Origin: an uncultured Methylotenera sp.
GTDB taxonomy: Bacteria; Pseudomonadota; Gammaproteobacteria; Burkholderiales; Methylophilaceae
Direction of reading: 5' to 3'
Length of the DNA: 64,000 nt
NCBI GenBank assembly: GCA_965649545.1
Contig: CBFGLF010000001.1
Location: forward strand, 713-64,712
Each line of letters opens with the position of its first letter. Positions within the stretch are counted from its first letter, which is position 1. Under the pieces are notes generated by a model. It made no database searches and was not told the origin of the DNA. It worked only from the letters and a program-made list of their open reading frames with translations. Shown here piece after piece: positions 9,687 to 21,011 of this stretch. A program made the translations under genes and the position numbers.

Positions 9687-11657
9687 TCAGACTTTGACCA
9701 ACTCTTCGCCCTGCCCCAACCAGCGCCGCAGGTGCGACTCGACGGCCTGAGGATCGTCACGCAACAATCTTTCCGCCAGATCGCGCGCGATCTGCAGCAA
9801 GCCCGCGTCGCGCTCAAGGTCGGCGATCTTGAGCATGGGCACCCCGCTCTGCCTGACGCCGAGGAACTCACCTGGGCCGCGCAGGTGGAGATCGGCCTGG
9901 GCGATCTCGAAACCGTCGTTCGATTCGTAGATGACCTTGAGACGGGCACGTGCCGTTTCCGACAAAGGGGTCTGGAACAGCAGGATACAGCTGGACTTGG
10001 CCGCGCCGCGGCCGACGCGCCCCCTGAGCTGGTGGAGTTGTGAGAGCCCCATGCGCTCGGCATGCTCGATCACCATGAGGCTGGCGTTCGGCACATCGAC
10101 GCCGACCTCGATCACGGTCGTCGCCACCAGCAACTGGATCTCGTTGCGGCTGAAGGCGTCCATCACCGCCTGCTTCTCCGCAGGCTTGAGACGACCGTGC
10201 ACCAGCCCCACGCGCAGATCCGGGAACGAGGCCGTCAGTAGCTCATAGGTCTCTTGAGCGGTCTTCAATTGCAGCGCCTCGGATTCCTCGATCAGCGGGC
10301 AGACCCAGTAGGCCTGACTGCCCTTGACGCACGCGTCGCGCACTCTCGCCAGCACCTCGTCACGACGCGCTTCGGCGACCAGTCGGGTAACCACCGGGCT
10401 ACGCCCCGGCGGCAACTCGTCGATGACCGATACGTCGAGGTCCGCGTAATAGCTCATGGACAAGGTGCGCGGGATGGGGGTCGCGCTCATCATCAGCTGG
10501 TGCGGCTCTGGTTGCCCTTTCTTGCGTAACTGCAAGCGCTGCTGCACGCCAAAGCGATGCTGTTCATCGACGATAGCGAGTCCCAGTCGGGCGAACTGTA
10601 CCTGGTCCTGGAACAAGGCATGCGTGCCGACCACCAGCTGGGCCGTCCCGCTGGCGACGGCTGCCAGAGCCTCGGTACGTGCTTTCTTGTTCTGGCTGCC
10701 GGAAAGCCACGCCACTTCTAGCTTGAGCGGTGCCAGCCAGGTCTGCATCTTGCGGTAGTGCTGTTCCGCCAGGATCTCGGTCGGTGCCATGATGGCGGCC
10801 TGCCAACCATTTTCGATCGCCTGCAGCGCCGCCATGGCGGCGACGATGGTCTTGCCGCTGCCGACATCCCCTTGTAACAGACGCTGCATGGGGTAGGGTT
10901 GGGCAAGGTCATGGGCGATCTCGGCCGCGACCTTGCGCTGGGCGTTGGTGAGCGCGAACGGCAGACTTTGCAGCAATGCCTGCACCATTGCGGCGGAAGG
11001 CTTGAGGAGGGGTGCGCCGAGACTGCGCCGGCGTGCGTAATGCTTGCGCATGGAGAGTTGCTGGGCCAGCAGTTCATCGAAGGCCAGCCGTTTCCATTCC
11101 GGTGTAGCGCGCTCGGAAAGCGATTGAAGGTCCGCTTCCGGGGCCGGGTGATGTAGTGATTTGACGCTGCTGGCATAGCTCGGCATGCCGAGCTTGCTAT
11201 AGATCCCCGTGGGCAAGGTCTCAGCCAGTGGATCACGTTCGAGTGCCCAACCGATCCATTTACGCAAGGTGGCCTGGGTCAGTCCCGCCGTGGTCGGGTA
11301 GACCGGTGTCAGGGTCTCCAGCACAGGCGCATCGGGCGTGACGGGTCGGCATTGCGGGTGCACCATCTCCCAACCGAAGAACCCGCCACGCACTTCGCCA
11401 TAGACGCGCAGGCGTCGGCCTTCTTTCAAGGCGGCGATCTGGCTGGGATAGAAATGCAGGAAGCGCAGGGTCAGCTGACCGCTGCCGTCCTGCAAGCGAC
11501 TGATCAGCGCCTTGCGAGGTTTGTACTGCACCTCGGTATGCACGATCTCACCCTCCACCTGCACCTGGTCGCCCTGACGCAGGTCCCGGATCGAGGTGAT
11601 ACGGGTCTCGTCGATGTAACGCAAGGGCAGGTGCAGCAGCAAGCCCTGGATATCCAT
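9687..11657 (-). CDS. recG: ATP-dependent DNA helicase RecG
   Basis: 656 aa from the first canonical start. LLLHLPLRYIDET wedge lead, Walker A GDVGSGKT, DEQHRFGV, QLHQLRGRVGRG. The reading frame stays open for another 36 codons upstream (see findings). Confidence 0.9.
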   Translation of the reverse strand: MDIQGLLLHLPLRYIDETRITSIRDLRQGDQVQVEGEIVHTEVQYKPRKALISRLQDGSGQLTLRFLHFYPSQIAALKEGRRLRVYGEVRGGFFGWEMVHPQCRPVTPDAPVLETLTPVYPTTAGLTQATLRKWIGWALERDPLAETLPTGIYSKLGMPSYASSVKSLHHPAPEADLQSLSERATPEWKRLAFDELLAQQLSMRKHYARRRSLGAPLLKPSAAMVQALLQSLPFALTNAQRKVAAEIAHDLAQPYPMQRLLQGDVGSGKTIVAAMAALQAIENGWQAAIMAPTEILAEQHYRKMQTWLAPLKLEVAWLSGSQNKKARTEALAAVASGTAQLVVGTHALFQDQVQFARLGLAIVDEQHRFGVQQRLQLRKKGQPEPHQLMMSATPIPRTLSMSYYADLDVSVIDELPPGRSPVVTRLVAEARRDEVLARVRDACVKGSQAYWVCPLIEESEALQLKTAQETYELLTASFPDLRVGLVHGRLKPAEKQAVMDAFSRNEIQLLVATTVIEVGVDVPNASLMVIEHAERMGLSQLHQLRGRVGRGAAKSSCILLFQTPLSETARARLKVIYESNDGFEIAQADLHLRGPGEFLGVRQSGVPMLKIADLERDAGLLQIARDLAERLLRDDPQAVESHLRRWLGQGEELVKV

Positions 11658-11746
11658 GATTCCGAGCTTCTGCAGGTTTGCCTGCGTCGGCTTTGGGATC
11701 AGCGAGAAATCAGCGGGCTTGCTCAGGGCAATCGCTCGGCGGATCG

Positions 11747-12127
11747 TTAGAGTTCGATGACGCCGTCAGCTTCGACCAAGGCACCCTTGGGCAGGGAGGC
11801 GACGCCGACCGCGGCACGCGCCGGATAAGGCTGGCTGAAATATTCGGCCATGATGGTGTTGACCAGCGCGAAATGGGACAGGTCGGTGAGGAAGACGTTG
11901 AGCTTGACGATATCGGCCAGCGAACCGCCGGAAGCCTCTGCGACCGCCTTCAGGTTCTGGAACACGCGATGCACCTGGTTTTCGATGCCGTCGACCAGTT
12001 GCATGCTGACCGGGTCGAGCCCGATCTGTCCGGACAGATAGACGGTGCTGCCGACCTTGACGGCCTGGGAATAGGTACCGATCGCCTGCGGGGCGCCCTC
12101 GGTCTGGATGATGTGCTTGTTTGCCAT
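11747..12127 (-). CDS. ridA: RidA/YjgF family reactive-intermediate deaminase
   Basis: 126 aa. [28 protein letters not shown] ... [17 protein letters not shown]. Confidence 0.85.
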   Translation of the reverse strand: MANKHIIQTEGAPQAIGTYSQAVKVGSTVYLSGQIGLDPVSMQLVDGIENQVHRVFQNLKAVAEASGGSLADIVKLNVFLTDLSHFALVNTIMAEYFSQPYPARAAVGVASLPKGALVEADGVIEL

Positions 12128-12152
12128 GTGGACTCTCTAGTTGTATGAAATC

Positions 12153-14375
12153 TTACTGAACGCGTTGCTCGTTGCCGGCGCCTTTGACACGGTTGATGCG
12201 CACGACATCGGGGATCTTGCGCAAGCGCCGCATGAGGTCGGCGAGATGCACCCGGTCCATCACCTGTACGGTGAAATAGACGTTGCTGTAGGCACTGTCG
12301 TCCGGGTCTTCCATGCTCACGTTGTCGATGTTGGAGCCCGCATCGGCGATGCCCGCAGCGATCTTGGCCAACATGCCGCGCTGATTGGCTACGGCGAGTT
12401 TGAGGTTGACCTTGAACAGGCGCTTGCCGGCCGGATCCCATTCCACGTCGAGCCATTTCTCCGGTTCGACACGGAATTTACGGATCGCCGGACAATCATG
12501 GGTGTGGATGACCAGCCCCTTGTCCTTGTTGATGAAACCGAGGATGGGGTCGCCGGGGATAGGCCGGCAGCACTGCGCGAACTGCACCGCCATGCCCTCG
12601 GTGCCCCGGATGGTGATGGTTCCCAGCGGTTTGCTGGTGTGCTTGGCATGACGTTCGCCCTGTTCCCCCGCCATCGCCATCAGCTGGTGCGCGACCATGA
12701 CGTTGAGCCGTTTGCCGAGACCGATGTCCGTGAGGATCTCTTCCTTGCTCTTGGCACCGTAATCCCGCAACAGCTTCTGCCAGCTCTCGTCGGTGATCAT
12801 CGTGGTATCCGCATGCAAGGCGCGTAAGGCCTGGTTCAGCATGCGCTCGCCCAGATAGGCCGACTCGGTGGTCTGCATGGATTTGAGGAAGTGGCGGATG
12901 TGCGCGCGCGCCTTGCCCGAGACCACATAATTGAGCCATGCCGGATTGGGGTGGGCGTGCGCCGCCGTGATGATCTCCACATGATCGCCGTTGTGCAATT
13001 CGGTGCGCAGCGGCGCCAATTCCTGATTGATCTTGACTGCGACGCAACGGTTACCGATATCGGTATGCACGGCATAGGCGAAATCGACCGCTGTGGCACC
13101 CTTGGGCAAGGCCATGATATTGCCCTTGGGGGTGAACACATAGACTTCGTCCGGGAACAGGTCGACCTTGAAGTGCTCGAGGAATTCGAGTGAATCCGCG
13201 CTTTCGCTCTGGATCTCCAGCAGCCGTTGCAGCCACAGATGGGTCTGCTGCTGCAACGCGGTCAAATGGGCATCGGTAGTCTTGTAGAGCCAGTGCGCCG
13301 CCACGCCGGCCTCGGCGATGTTATGCATCTCCTGGCTGCGCAGCTGCACCTCGATCGGGGTGCCGAAGGGGCCGAACAAGGTGGTGTGCAGCGACTGGTA
13401 GCCGTTGGCCTTGGGAATGGCGATGTAATCCTTGAACTTGCCGGGGATGGGCTTATACAGTCCATGCAGGGCGCCCAGCGCAAGGTAGCAGGTGGGCATG
13501 TCCTTGACGATGACCCGAAAGCCGTAGATGTCGTAGATCTGCGAAAAGGTCGTGGTCTTGCCCGTCATCTTCTTGTAGATGCTGTAGAGGTGCTTTTCGC
13601 GGCCGGTGACGTCAGCCTCGATATGCATCTCCTGCAAGCGTTGCTTGATCGCCTCCAGGATCTTGCCGACCACTTCCTTGCGATTGCCACGCGCGGCCTT
13701 GATCGCCTTGGCGATGACGCGGTAACGCATGGGGTAGAGGTAGCGGAAACTGAGGTCTTCCAGTTCCTGGAAGATGGCGTTCAGGCCGAGGCGGTTGGCG
13801 ATGGGCGCATAGATATCCAGCGTCTCGCGCGAGATACGGCGGCGCTTGTCCGCGCTCATGGCATCCATGGTCTGCATGTTGTGCAGGCGGTCCGCCAGCT
13901 TGACCAGGATCACACGCACATCCTGCGACATGGCCAGGAGCATCTTGCGGAAGTTCTCCGCCTGCGCCTGGGTGGCGCTCTGGAATTCGATCTTGTCGAG
14001 CTTGGACAAACCGTCCACCAGTTCGGCCACCTGCTTGCCGAACTGTTCCGCGACTTCCAGGTTGGTGACGCCGGTGTCTTCGACGACATCGTGCAGCAAG
14101 GCCGCGACCAGTGTCGGCGTGTCCATGTGCAGCTCGGCCAGGATACAGGCCACCGAGACCGGATGGGTGATATAGGGCTCGCCGCTCTTGCGCATCTGGC
14201 CTTCATGGGCCGCGGCGCTAAAACGATAGGCCGCCCAGACCTGAGCGATGTCCTCAGGCTTGAGATATTCTTTTAAACGCAGGGTGAGTTTGGAATCCTC
14301 GCTGTCCGCAGGCAGCAAGGGGGGATCTTCAGGCTTTACAGTCTCTGCCGGACGTTTGGCAGCTGTTCTGGACAT
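12153..14375 (-). CDS. spoT: bifunctional (p)ppGpp synthetase/hydrolase
   Basis: 740 aa. HD hydrolase motif (HPVSVA ... LLHDVVEDT), RelA/SpoT synthetase core, TGS and ACT-like C-terminus. Lies directly downstream of rpoZ, as spoT does elsewhere. Confidence 0.9.
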   Translation of the reverse strand: MSRTAAKRPAETVKPEDPPLLPADSEDSKLTLRLKEYLKPEDIAQVWAAYRFSAAAHEGQMRKSGEPYITHPVSVACILAELHMDTPTLVAALLHDVVEDTGVTNLEVAEQFGKQVAELVDGLSKLDKIEFQSATQAQAENFRKMLLAMSQDVRVILVKLADRLHNMQTMDAMSADKRRRISRETLDIYAPIANRLGLNAIFQELEDLSFRYLYPMRYRVIAKAIKAARGNRKEVVGKILEAIKQRLQEMHIEADVTGREKHLYSIYKKMTGKTTTFSQIYDIYGFRVIVKDMPTCYLALGALHGLYKPIPGKFKDYIAIPKANGYQSLHTTLFGPFGTPIEVQLRSQEMHNIAEAGVAAHWLYKTTDAHLTALQQQTHLWLQRLLEIQSESADSLEFLEHFKVDLFPDEVYVFTPKGNIMALPKGATAVDFAYAVHTDIGNRCVAVKINQELAPLRTELHNGDHVEIITAAHAHPNPAWLNYVVSGKARAHIRHFLKSMQTTESAYLGERMLNQALRALHADTTMITDESWQKLLRDYGAKSKEEILTDIGLGKRLNVMVAHQLMAMAGEQGERHAKHTSKPLGTITIRGTEGMAVQFAQCCRPIPGDPILGFINKDKGLVIHTHDCPAIRKFRVEPEKWLDVEWDPAGKRLFKVNLKLAVANQRGMLAKIAAGIADAGSNIDNVSMEDPDDSAYSNVYFTVQVMDRVHLADLMRRLRKIPDVVRINRVKGAGNEQRVQ

Positions 14376-14460
14376 AAGGCGTTAAACGATCGCTGTCGGC
14401 TCGATGACGGTATGCGCATGATGATTGGATGATGCATCCCGCCATCGAATCGGTGTGGCG

Positions 14461-14673
14461 TTAAGCGTGACCGCGATTCAGGACTTCGAGGCCGACCTTG
14501 CCGGCTGCGATCTCGCGCAGGGCCAGTACAGTGGACTTGTCCTTCTGACCATGGGTGTTGACCATCGGCTCGGAGCCGTTCGCCAGTTGGCGTGCGCGGT
14601 AGGCGGCCACCAAGGTCAGTTGGAAGCGGTTCGGGATCTTGTCCAGACAATCATCAACAGTAATACGTGCCAT
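14461..14673 (-). CDS. rpoZ: DNA-directed RNA polymerase subunit omega
   Basis: 70 aa. [30 protein letters not shown]. Confidence 0.92.
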   Translation of the reverse strand: MARITVDDCLDKIPNRFQLTLVAAYRARQLANGSEPMVNTHGQKDKSTVLALREIAAGKVGLEVLNRGHA

Positions 14674-14732
14674 CTTTACCTCCAGGGTTTGCGGGTGCTG
14701 AGTGACTCAGCACTAAGAATCGAACAGGTGAA

Positions 14733-16216
<1,484 letters not shown>

Positions 16217-16309
16217 GAGAACGCTTTCTGACTAAATTAGAGCGATGGTATCAAATACGGTGTGATTCATGCCAAAATAGCTCGCGATTAATCCTTTAAA
16301 CACCTCAAC

Positions 16310-17248
16310 TTGGCCAGCACACCCGCACATAAGAACCAGGCATTGCCGATCGGCTATCAGCTACAGGACTACGAGATCAGAAAAGTCCTGAGTGCCGGTG
16401 GTTTCAGCTTCGTCTACATCGCGCGCGACGCCGACAAGAAGACCGTGGCCATCAAGGAATACCTGCCGACCTTTCTCGCCTTGCGCACGTCCGGCGCGCA
16501 GGTCCAGGTCTCATCCGCCGAAGTCTCCAACAGTTTCCGCCATGGGCTGAAGTGCTTCTTCGAGGAAGGCCGCGCGCTGGCCAATATCGACCACAAGAAC
16601 ATCGTCCGCGTGCTCAACTTCTTCCGCGCCAACGACACCGTCTACATGGTCATGCAATACGAGCGCGGAAAGTCCTTACAGGAATACATCCTGGCGCAGG
16701 AGCAGCCGGTGTCGGAGAAGTTCATCCGCAGGGTATTCGGCGAGTTGCTCAACGGCTTGCGGGAGGTGCACACGCAAAAGCTGCTGCATCTGGATATCAA
16801 ACCCGCCAACATCTACATCCGGATCGACGGTTCGCCGGTGCTGCTGGATTTCGGCTCGGCACGCCAGACCCTGAGCGAGACCGAGAGCAAGCTGCCCCCC
16901 AGCTACACACCCGGCTTCGCTTCGCCGGAACAATACTACGACCGCAGCCTGCTCGGCCCCTGGAGCGACATCTACAGTGTGGGCGCCACCATGTACGCCT
17001 GCCTGGTACGCGCGGCACCGATCGCCGCAGACCAGCGCATGAAAAAGGACACGCTGGTGCCGGCGGCGAAGTTCGGCAAGGATATCTACTCGAGCAACCT
17101 GCTCGAACTGATCGATCGTTGTATGGCGATCGACCACATGCAGCGGCCCCAAAGCATGTTCGCCCTGCAAAAGTCGCTGCTGGAAGACTTGCCGCTGCAG
17201 GACAAGAAAGTCGGCTTGATGGACAAGCTCAAGACCTATCTGAAATAG
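16310..17248 (+). CDS. Hanks-type serine/threonine protein kinase (soluble, kinase domain only)
   Basis: 312 aa. Gly-loop LSAGGFSFVY, VAIK lysine, catalytic loop HLDIKPANI, DFG, SPE. No TM or sensor domain. TTG start. Confidence 0.85.
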   Translation: MASTPAHKNQALPIGYQLQDYEIRKVLSAGGFSFVYIARDADKKTVAIKEYLPTFLALRTSGAQVQVSSAEVSNSFRHGLKCFFEEGRALANIDHKNIVRVLNFFRANDTVYMVMQYERGKSLQEYILAQEQPVSEKFIRRVFGELLNGLREVHTQKLLHLDIKPANIYIRIDGSPVLLDFGSARQTLSETESKLPPSYTPGFASPEQYYDRSLLGPWSDIYSVGATMYACLVRAAPIAADQRMKKDTLVPAAKFGKDIYSSNLLELIDRCMAIDHMQRPQSMFALQKSLLEDLPLQDKKVGLMDKLKTYLK

Positions 17249-17284
17249 GCCCGCTACTCTCGATACAGTCCCTTCTACCACACC

Positions 17285-18208
17285 ATGAAATTCACCATCC
17301 ACCAGGGCAGTCGCCAAGGCCCCAGGCCTTACAACCAGGACAGACTCGCTTACTCGTACAGCAAGGATGCCTTGCTCATCGTGTTGGCGGACGGCATGGG
17401 CGGCCATCGGCACGGCGAGGTCGCGGCCCAGCTTGCGGTCAAGACCCTGACCGATGCCTTTCAGGAAGAAGCCCAGCCCACCCTGAAGAACCCTGCCGGC
17501 TTCCTCAAGCACGCCATCCAGTACGTGCACGATGCCATCGGCGCGCTGACCATCGTGCAGGACATGCTCGAAGCCCCGAGGACGACCGTCGTAGCCGCCA
17601 TCATTCAGGACAACCGCCTCTACTGCGCCCATGTCGGCGATTCACGCCTGTATCATTTCCGTAGCGGCAAGTTGCTGTACAAGACCGAGGATCACTCGGT
17701 GGTACAGATGCTCTACAAGCGCGGCCAGCTGGATAAAGCCGCCATGCTGACGCACCCCAACCGGCACAAGATCTACAACTGCCTAGGCGGCGACAAGCAA
17801 CCCCAGATCGAACAGGCGCAGACCGACAACCTGCTGGAAGGCGACACCTTGCTGCTCTGCAGCGATGGCCTCTGGTCGGTGCTGAGCGATGCCGAGATCG
17901 CGGACATGCTGCACGGCGGTATCGTCACCGAGACCGTCTCTGCGCTGCTCGACGAAGCCGAACTGCGCAGCCAGACCGAGGGCGACAACATGAGCGCGAT
18001 CGGCCTGCAATGGGGCGATCCACATCATCACCTGCTCGCCGTCTCCACCATCACCATGCCGCTCAGTGCGACGACCACCATCATGAACCCGCTGACCCAC
18101 CAGCTCGCTCAGGGCGAAGGCGGCGAGACCACCGACCTGACCGATGACGAGATCGAGAACGCCATCGCCGAGATCCAGGCCGCCCTGAAAAAGTCCGACC
18201 GCAACTGA
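17285..18208 (+). CDS. PP2C family serine/threonine phosphatase
   Basis: 307 aa. [22 protein letters not shown] and DNMSAI are PP2C metal-binding motifs. Acidic, Thr-rich C-terminal tail. Confidence 0.85.
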   Translation: MKFTIHQGSRQGPRPYNQDRLAYSYSKDALLIVLADGMGGHRHGEVAAQLAVKTLTDAFQEEAQPTLKNPAGFLKHAIQYVHDAIGALTIVQDMLEAPRTTVVAAIIQDNRLYCAHVGDSRLYHFRSGKLLYKTEDHSVVQMLYKRGQLDKAAMLTHPNRHKIYNCLGGDKQPQIEQAQTDNLLEGDTLLLCSDGLWSVLSDAEIADMLHGGIVTETVSALLDEAELRSQTEGDNMSAIGLQWGDPHHHLLAVSTITMPLSATTTIMNPLTHQLAQGEGGETTDLTDDEIENAIAEIQAALKKSDRN

Positions 18209-18273
18209 TACGGCGTCGGGGGTCACCTCGGCAATGGCTTATAATGTCGACTTCGAACCATCAGGAAACCGCC

Positions 18274-18990
18274 ATGCGTCCCAGCAATCGCGCCCCACAA
18301 GAACTTCGCGCCGTCGAGATCCTCCGCCACTACACCAAGCATGCCGAAGGCTCGGTGCTGGTGAAGTTCGGTGACACCCATGTCCTTTGCACCGCCAGCG
18401 TCGAAGAGAAGGTACCGGGATTCCTCAAGGGCAAGAATCAGGGTTGGGTGACGGCCGAGTACGGCATGCTGCCCCGCTCGACGGGCAGCCGCATGGACCG
18501 CGAAGCGGCCAAAGGCAAACAATCCGGCCGCACGCAGGAGATCCAGCGTCTCATCGGCCGCAGTCTGCGCGCCATCATCAACCTGGAAAAACTCGGCGAG
18601 CGCAGCATCCACATCGATTGCGACGTCATCCAGGCCGACGGCGGGACCCGTACGGCCAGCATCACGGGAGCCTATGTCGCGCTGCATGATGCGGTGAGCC
18701 TTCTACTGAAGAAGGGGCTGATCGCCGAGTCCCCGCTGATCGAGGCGGTGGCCGCGATCTCGGTCGGCGTCTACAAGGGTCAGCCCGTGCTCGATCTCGA
18801 TTACATCGAGGATTCCGACTGCGACACCGACATGAACGTGGTCATGACCGCGAGCGGCGGTTTCGTCGAGATCCAGGGCACGGCGGAGGGCGAGCCGTTC
18901 CAGCGCGATGCCATGAACACCATGCTGGACCTTGCCGCCAGCGGCATCCGCGAACTCATCGCCAAACAGAAGCACGCGCTGGAGCACTGA
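18274..18990 (+). CDS. rph: ribonuclease PH
   Basis: ORF track 18244..18990. The canonical N-terminus [12 protein letters not shown] starts at ATG 18274, preceded by [36 protein letters not shown]. Confidence 0.93.
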   Translation: MRPSNRAPQELRAVEILRHYTKHAEGSVLVKFGDTHVLCTASVEEKVPGFLKGKNQGWVTAEYGMLPRSTGSRMDREAAKGKQSGRTQEIQRLIGRSLRAIINLEKLGERSIHIDCDVIQADGGTRTASITGAYVALHDAVSLLLKKGLIAESPLIEAVAAISVGVYKGQPVLDLDYIEDSDCDTDMNVVMTASGGFVEIQGTAEGEPFQRDAMNTMLDLAASGIRELIAKQKHALEH

Positions 18991-18991
18991 G

Positions 18992-19594
18992 TTGGCCCTT
19001 CCCTTCGATCGCCTCGTCATCGCCACCGGCAATGCCGGCAAGTTGCGCGAGATCCGGCAATTACTCTCGCCGCTGGCGCTCGAGGTGCTACCGCAATCGG
19101 ATTTTGCGGTCCCCGAAGCCGAAGAACCGCATTGCACCTTTATCGAGAACGCGCTGGTAAAAGCCCGTCATGCGAGCCTGCACACCGGTTTGCCTGCTCT
19201 GGCGGACGATTCCGGCATCTGCGTCGACGCCCTGCAGGGCGCGCCTGGGGTACTGTCGGCAAGGTATGCCGGCGAGCCCCGGTCGGATACGCGCAACAAC
19301 GAAAAGCTGTTGGCGGCCCTGGCCGGACAAGCCCATCGTCACGCGCATTACTATTGCGTCATGGTGCTGGTGCGCCACCCCGAGGACCCGCAACCGCTGA
19401 TCGCCGAAGGCATCTGGCAGGGTGAGATCCTCAACGCGCCCCGGGGCGAAGGTGGCTTCGGCTACGACCCGATCTTCCTCGACGCCAAGACCGACAAGAC
19501 CGGCGCCGAGCTGCCGCTTGAGATCAAGAATCGCATCAGTCATCGTGGCCAGGCCCTGAGCAAACTGCTGCACATGCTGGAAAGACTGCAATGA
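18992..19594 (+). CDS. rdgB: XTP/dITP diphosphatase (non-canonical purine NTP pyrophosphatase)
   Basis: The track ORF 18932..19594 overlaps rph. TTG 18992, immediately after the rph stop, gives LVIATGNAGKLREI ... FGYDPIF ... ISHRGQAL. Confidence 0.88.
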   Translation: MALPFDRLVIATGNAGKLREIRQLLSPLALEVLPQSDFAVPEAEEPHCTFIENALVKARHASLHTGLPALADDSGICVDALQGAPGVLSARYAGEPRSDTRNNEKLLAALAGQAHRHAHYYCVMVLVRHPEDPQPLIAEGIWQGEILNAPRGEGGFGYDPIFLDAKTDKTGAELPLEIKNRISHRGQALSKLLHMLERLQ

Positions 19595-19809
19595 GCGAGA
19601 ACCACTGGCCGAAATGGTTACGTGACGACCAGACCGTGGTCTCCTGCACGGAGAAGGTCAAGGTCATGAAAGAGAACTTCGACGAGCTGAAACAGATGGC
19701 GCAAGACGCACTGGAAGACGGCCTGCTCATGGAAGTCTCCGAGGCACAGATGCGTGAGGCCTTGCACCGTTTGGTCGACGAGCTGGTCAACCCTTACCTG
19801 AAGAAATGA
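19591..19809 (+). CDS. hypothetical small acidic protein (72 aa)
   Basis: ATGA overlaps at both ends (with the rdgB stop and the hemW start). Third-position GC bias matches neighbouring genes. I recognise no family. Confidence 0.5.
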   Translation: MSENHWPKWLRDDQTVVSCTEKVKVMKENFDELKQMAQDALEDGLLMEVSEAQMREALHRLVDELVNPYLKK

Positions 19810-21005
19810 TCCCGATCATTCCGGTCAGCGACCCGGCAGCCAGCGGTCGAGCCACCGCCAGCGGCCTCAGCACTCCACCTCCCCTGGCGCTGTATATCCA
19901 TATTCCGTGGTGCGTGCGCAAATGCCCCTATTGCGATTTCAACTCGCACGAATCGCGTAGCGAGATCCCGGAACGCGCCTATGTCGATGCGCTGATCGCC
20001 GACCTCGAACAGTCGGTGCCCAACATCTGGGGCCGCAAGGTACGCAGTATCTTCTTCGGCGGCGGCACCCCCAGCCTGTTCTCGCCGGACGCCATCAACC
20101 GCATCCTGAGTCAGGTACGTGCGCTGGTGCAGTTAGAATATGCAGCGGAGATCACACTGGAAGCCAACCCGGGCACGGTCGACGAATCGCATTTCAAAGG
20201 CTTCCGTGAAGCCGGGGTGAATCGGCTATCGATCGGCATCCAGAGTTTCGACCCGCGCTACCTGAAGGCATTGGGTCGTATCCATGACGAACGCCAGGCG
20301 ATCAGCGCGGCCGAACTGGCCTTGCAGACCTTCGACCAGGTCAACCTGGACGTGATGTATGCATTACCCGGACAATCGATGGCAGATGCGCTGGCGGACG
20401 CGGCCCGTGCTTGCGCCATCGGCCCGCAGCACCTGTCGTTCTATCACTTGACGCTGGAACCCAATACGCCTTTCCACCGCACGCCGCCCAGCCTGCCGGA
20501 CGACGACACCAGTGCCGATATGCAGGAGCGTATCGAGCAGGTGCTGATGCATCACGGGTACGAACATTACGAGACTTCCGCTTTCGCCAGGAAGGGCGAC
20601 CAGTGCCGGCACAACCTCAACTACTGGCAATTCGGCGATTACCTGGGAATCGGTGCCGGCGCCCACAGCAAGCTCAGTTACCATGACCGCATCACGCGCG
20701 AGCGCCGTCACAAGCATCCCAACCGTTACATGGAGCAGGCAGCCAAGGGGCTAGCCGTGGAAGAGGTTTGGGCGATCCCTGCAGACGAACTCGGTTTCGA
20801 GTTCATGATGAATACCCTGAGACTGACCGGCGGTTTCGATATTCGCTTGTTTCAGCAGCGCACGGGCAGGCCCATACAGGATATCGAAGCGGCGCTGAAG
20901 CTGGCGAGGACGCGCGGGCTGGTGGTCGTCGACGGCGATACGGTCAAGCCGACGCTGCTCGGTCAGCGCTTCCTGAACGAGTTACTGCAACTGTTCCTGC
21001 AGTAG
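19806..21005 (+). CDS. hemW: radical SAM heme chaperone HemW (HemN-like, oxygen-independent coproporphyrinogen oxidase family)
   Basis: 399 aa. CxxxCxxC radical SAM motif CVRKCPYCDF, then FFGGGTPS. Confidence 0.88.
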   Translation: MIPIIPVSDPAASGRATASGLSTPPPLALYIHIPWCVRKCPYCDFNSHESRSEIPERAYVDALIADLEQSVPNIWGRKVRSIFFGGGTPSLFSPDAINRILSQVRALVQLEYAAEITLEANPGTVDESHFKGFREAGVNRLSIGIQSFDPRYLKALGRIHDERQAISAAELALQTFDQVNLDVMYALPGQSMADALADAARACAIGPQHLSFYHLTLEPNTPFHRTPPSLPDDDTSADMQERIEQVLMHHGYEHYETSAFARKGDQCRHNLNYWQFGDYLGIGAGAHSKLSYHDRITRERRHKHPNRYMEQAAKGLAVEEVWAIPADELGFEFMMNTLRLTGGFDIRLFQQRTGRPIQDIEAALKLARTRGLVVVDGDTVKPTLLGQRFLNELLQLFLQ

Positions 21006-21011
21006 CGAGCA

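Noticed and set aside
13227-14276. 349-aa plus-strand ORF antisense to spoT. Similar long shadows occur at 5104..6144, 12141..12827, 14760..15719, 22474..23466, 27213..27887, 54598..55380, 59206..59973 and 63080..63976.
   Set aside because: Each overlaps a confidently identified gene on the other strand and translates to a biased, motif-free sequence. They are artefacts of stop-codon depletion in GC-rich antisense frames.
16552-17664. 370-aa Arg/Pro/Ala/Gly-rich alternative-frame ORF across the kinase/phosphatase genes, plus the 318-aa antisense ORF 16676..17632.
   Set aside because: The composition is typical of out-of-frame reading of GC-rich DNA. The in-frame kinase and PP2C ORFs carry complete catalytic motifs.
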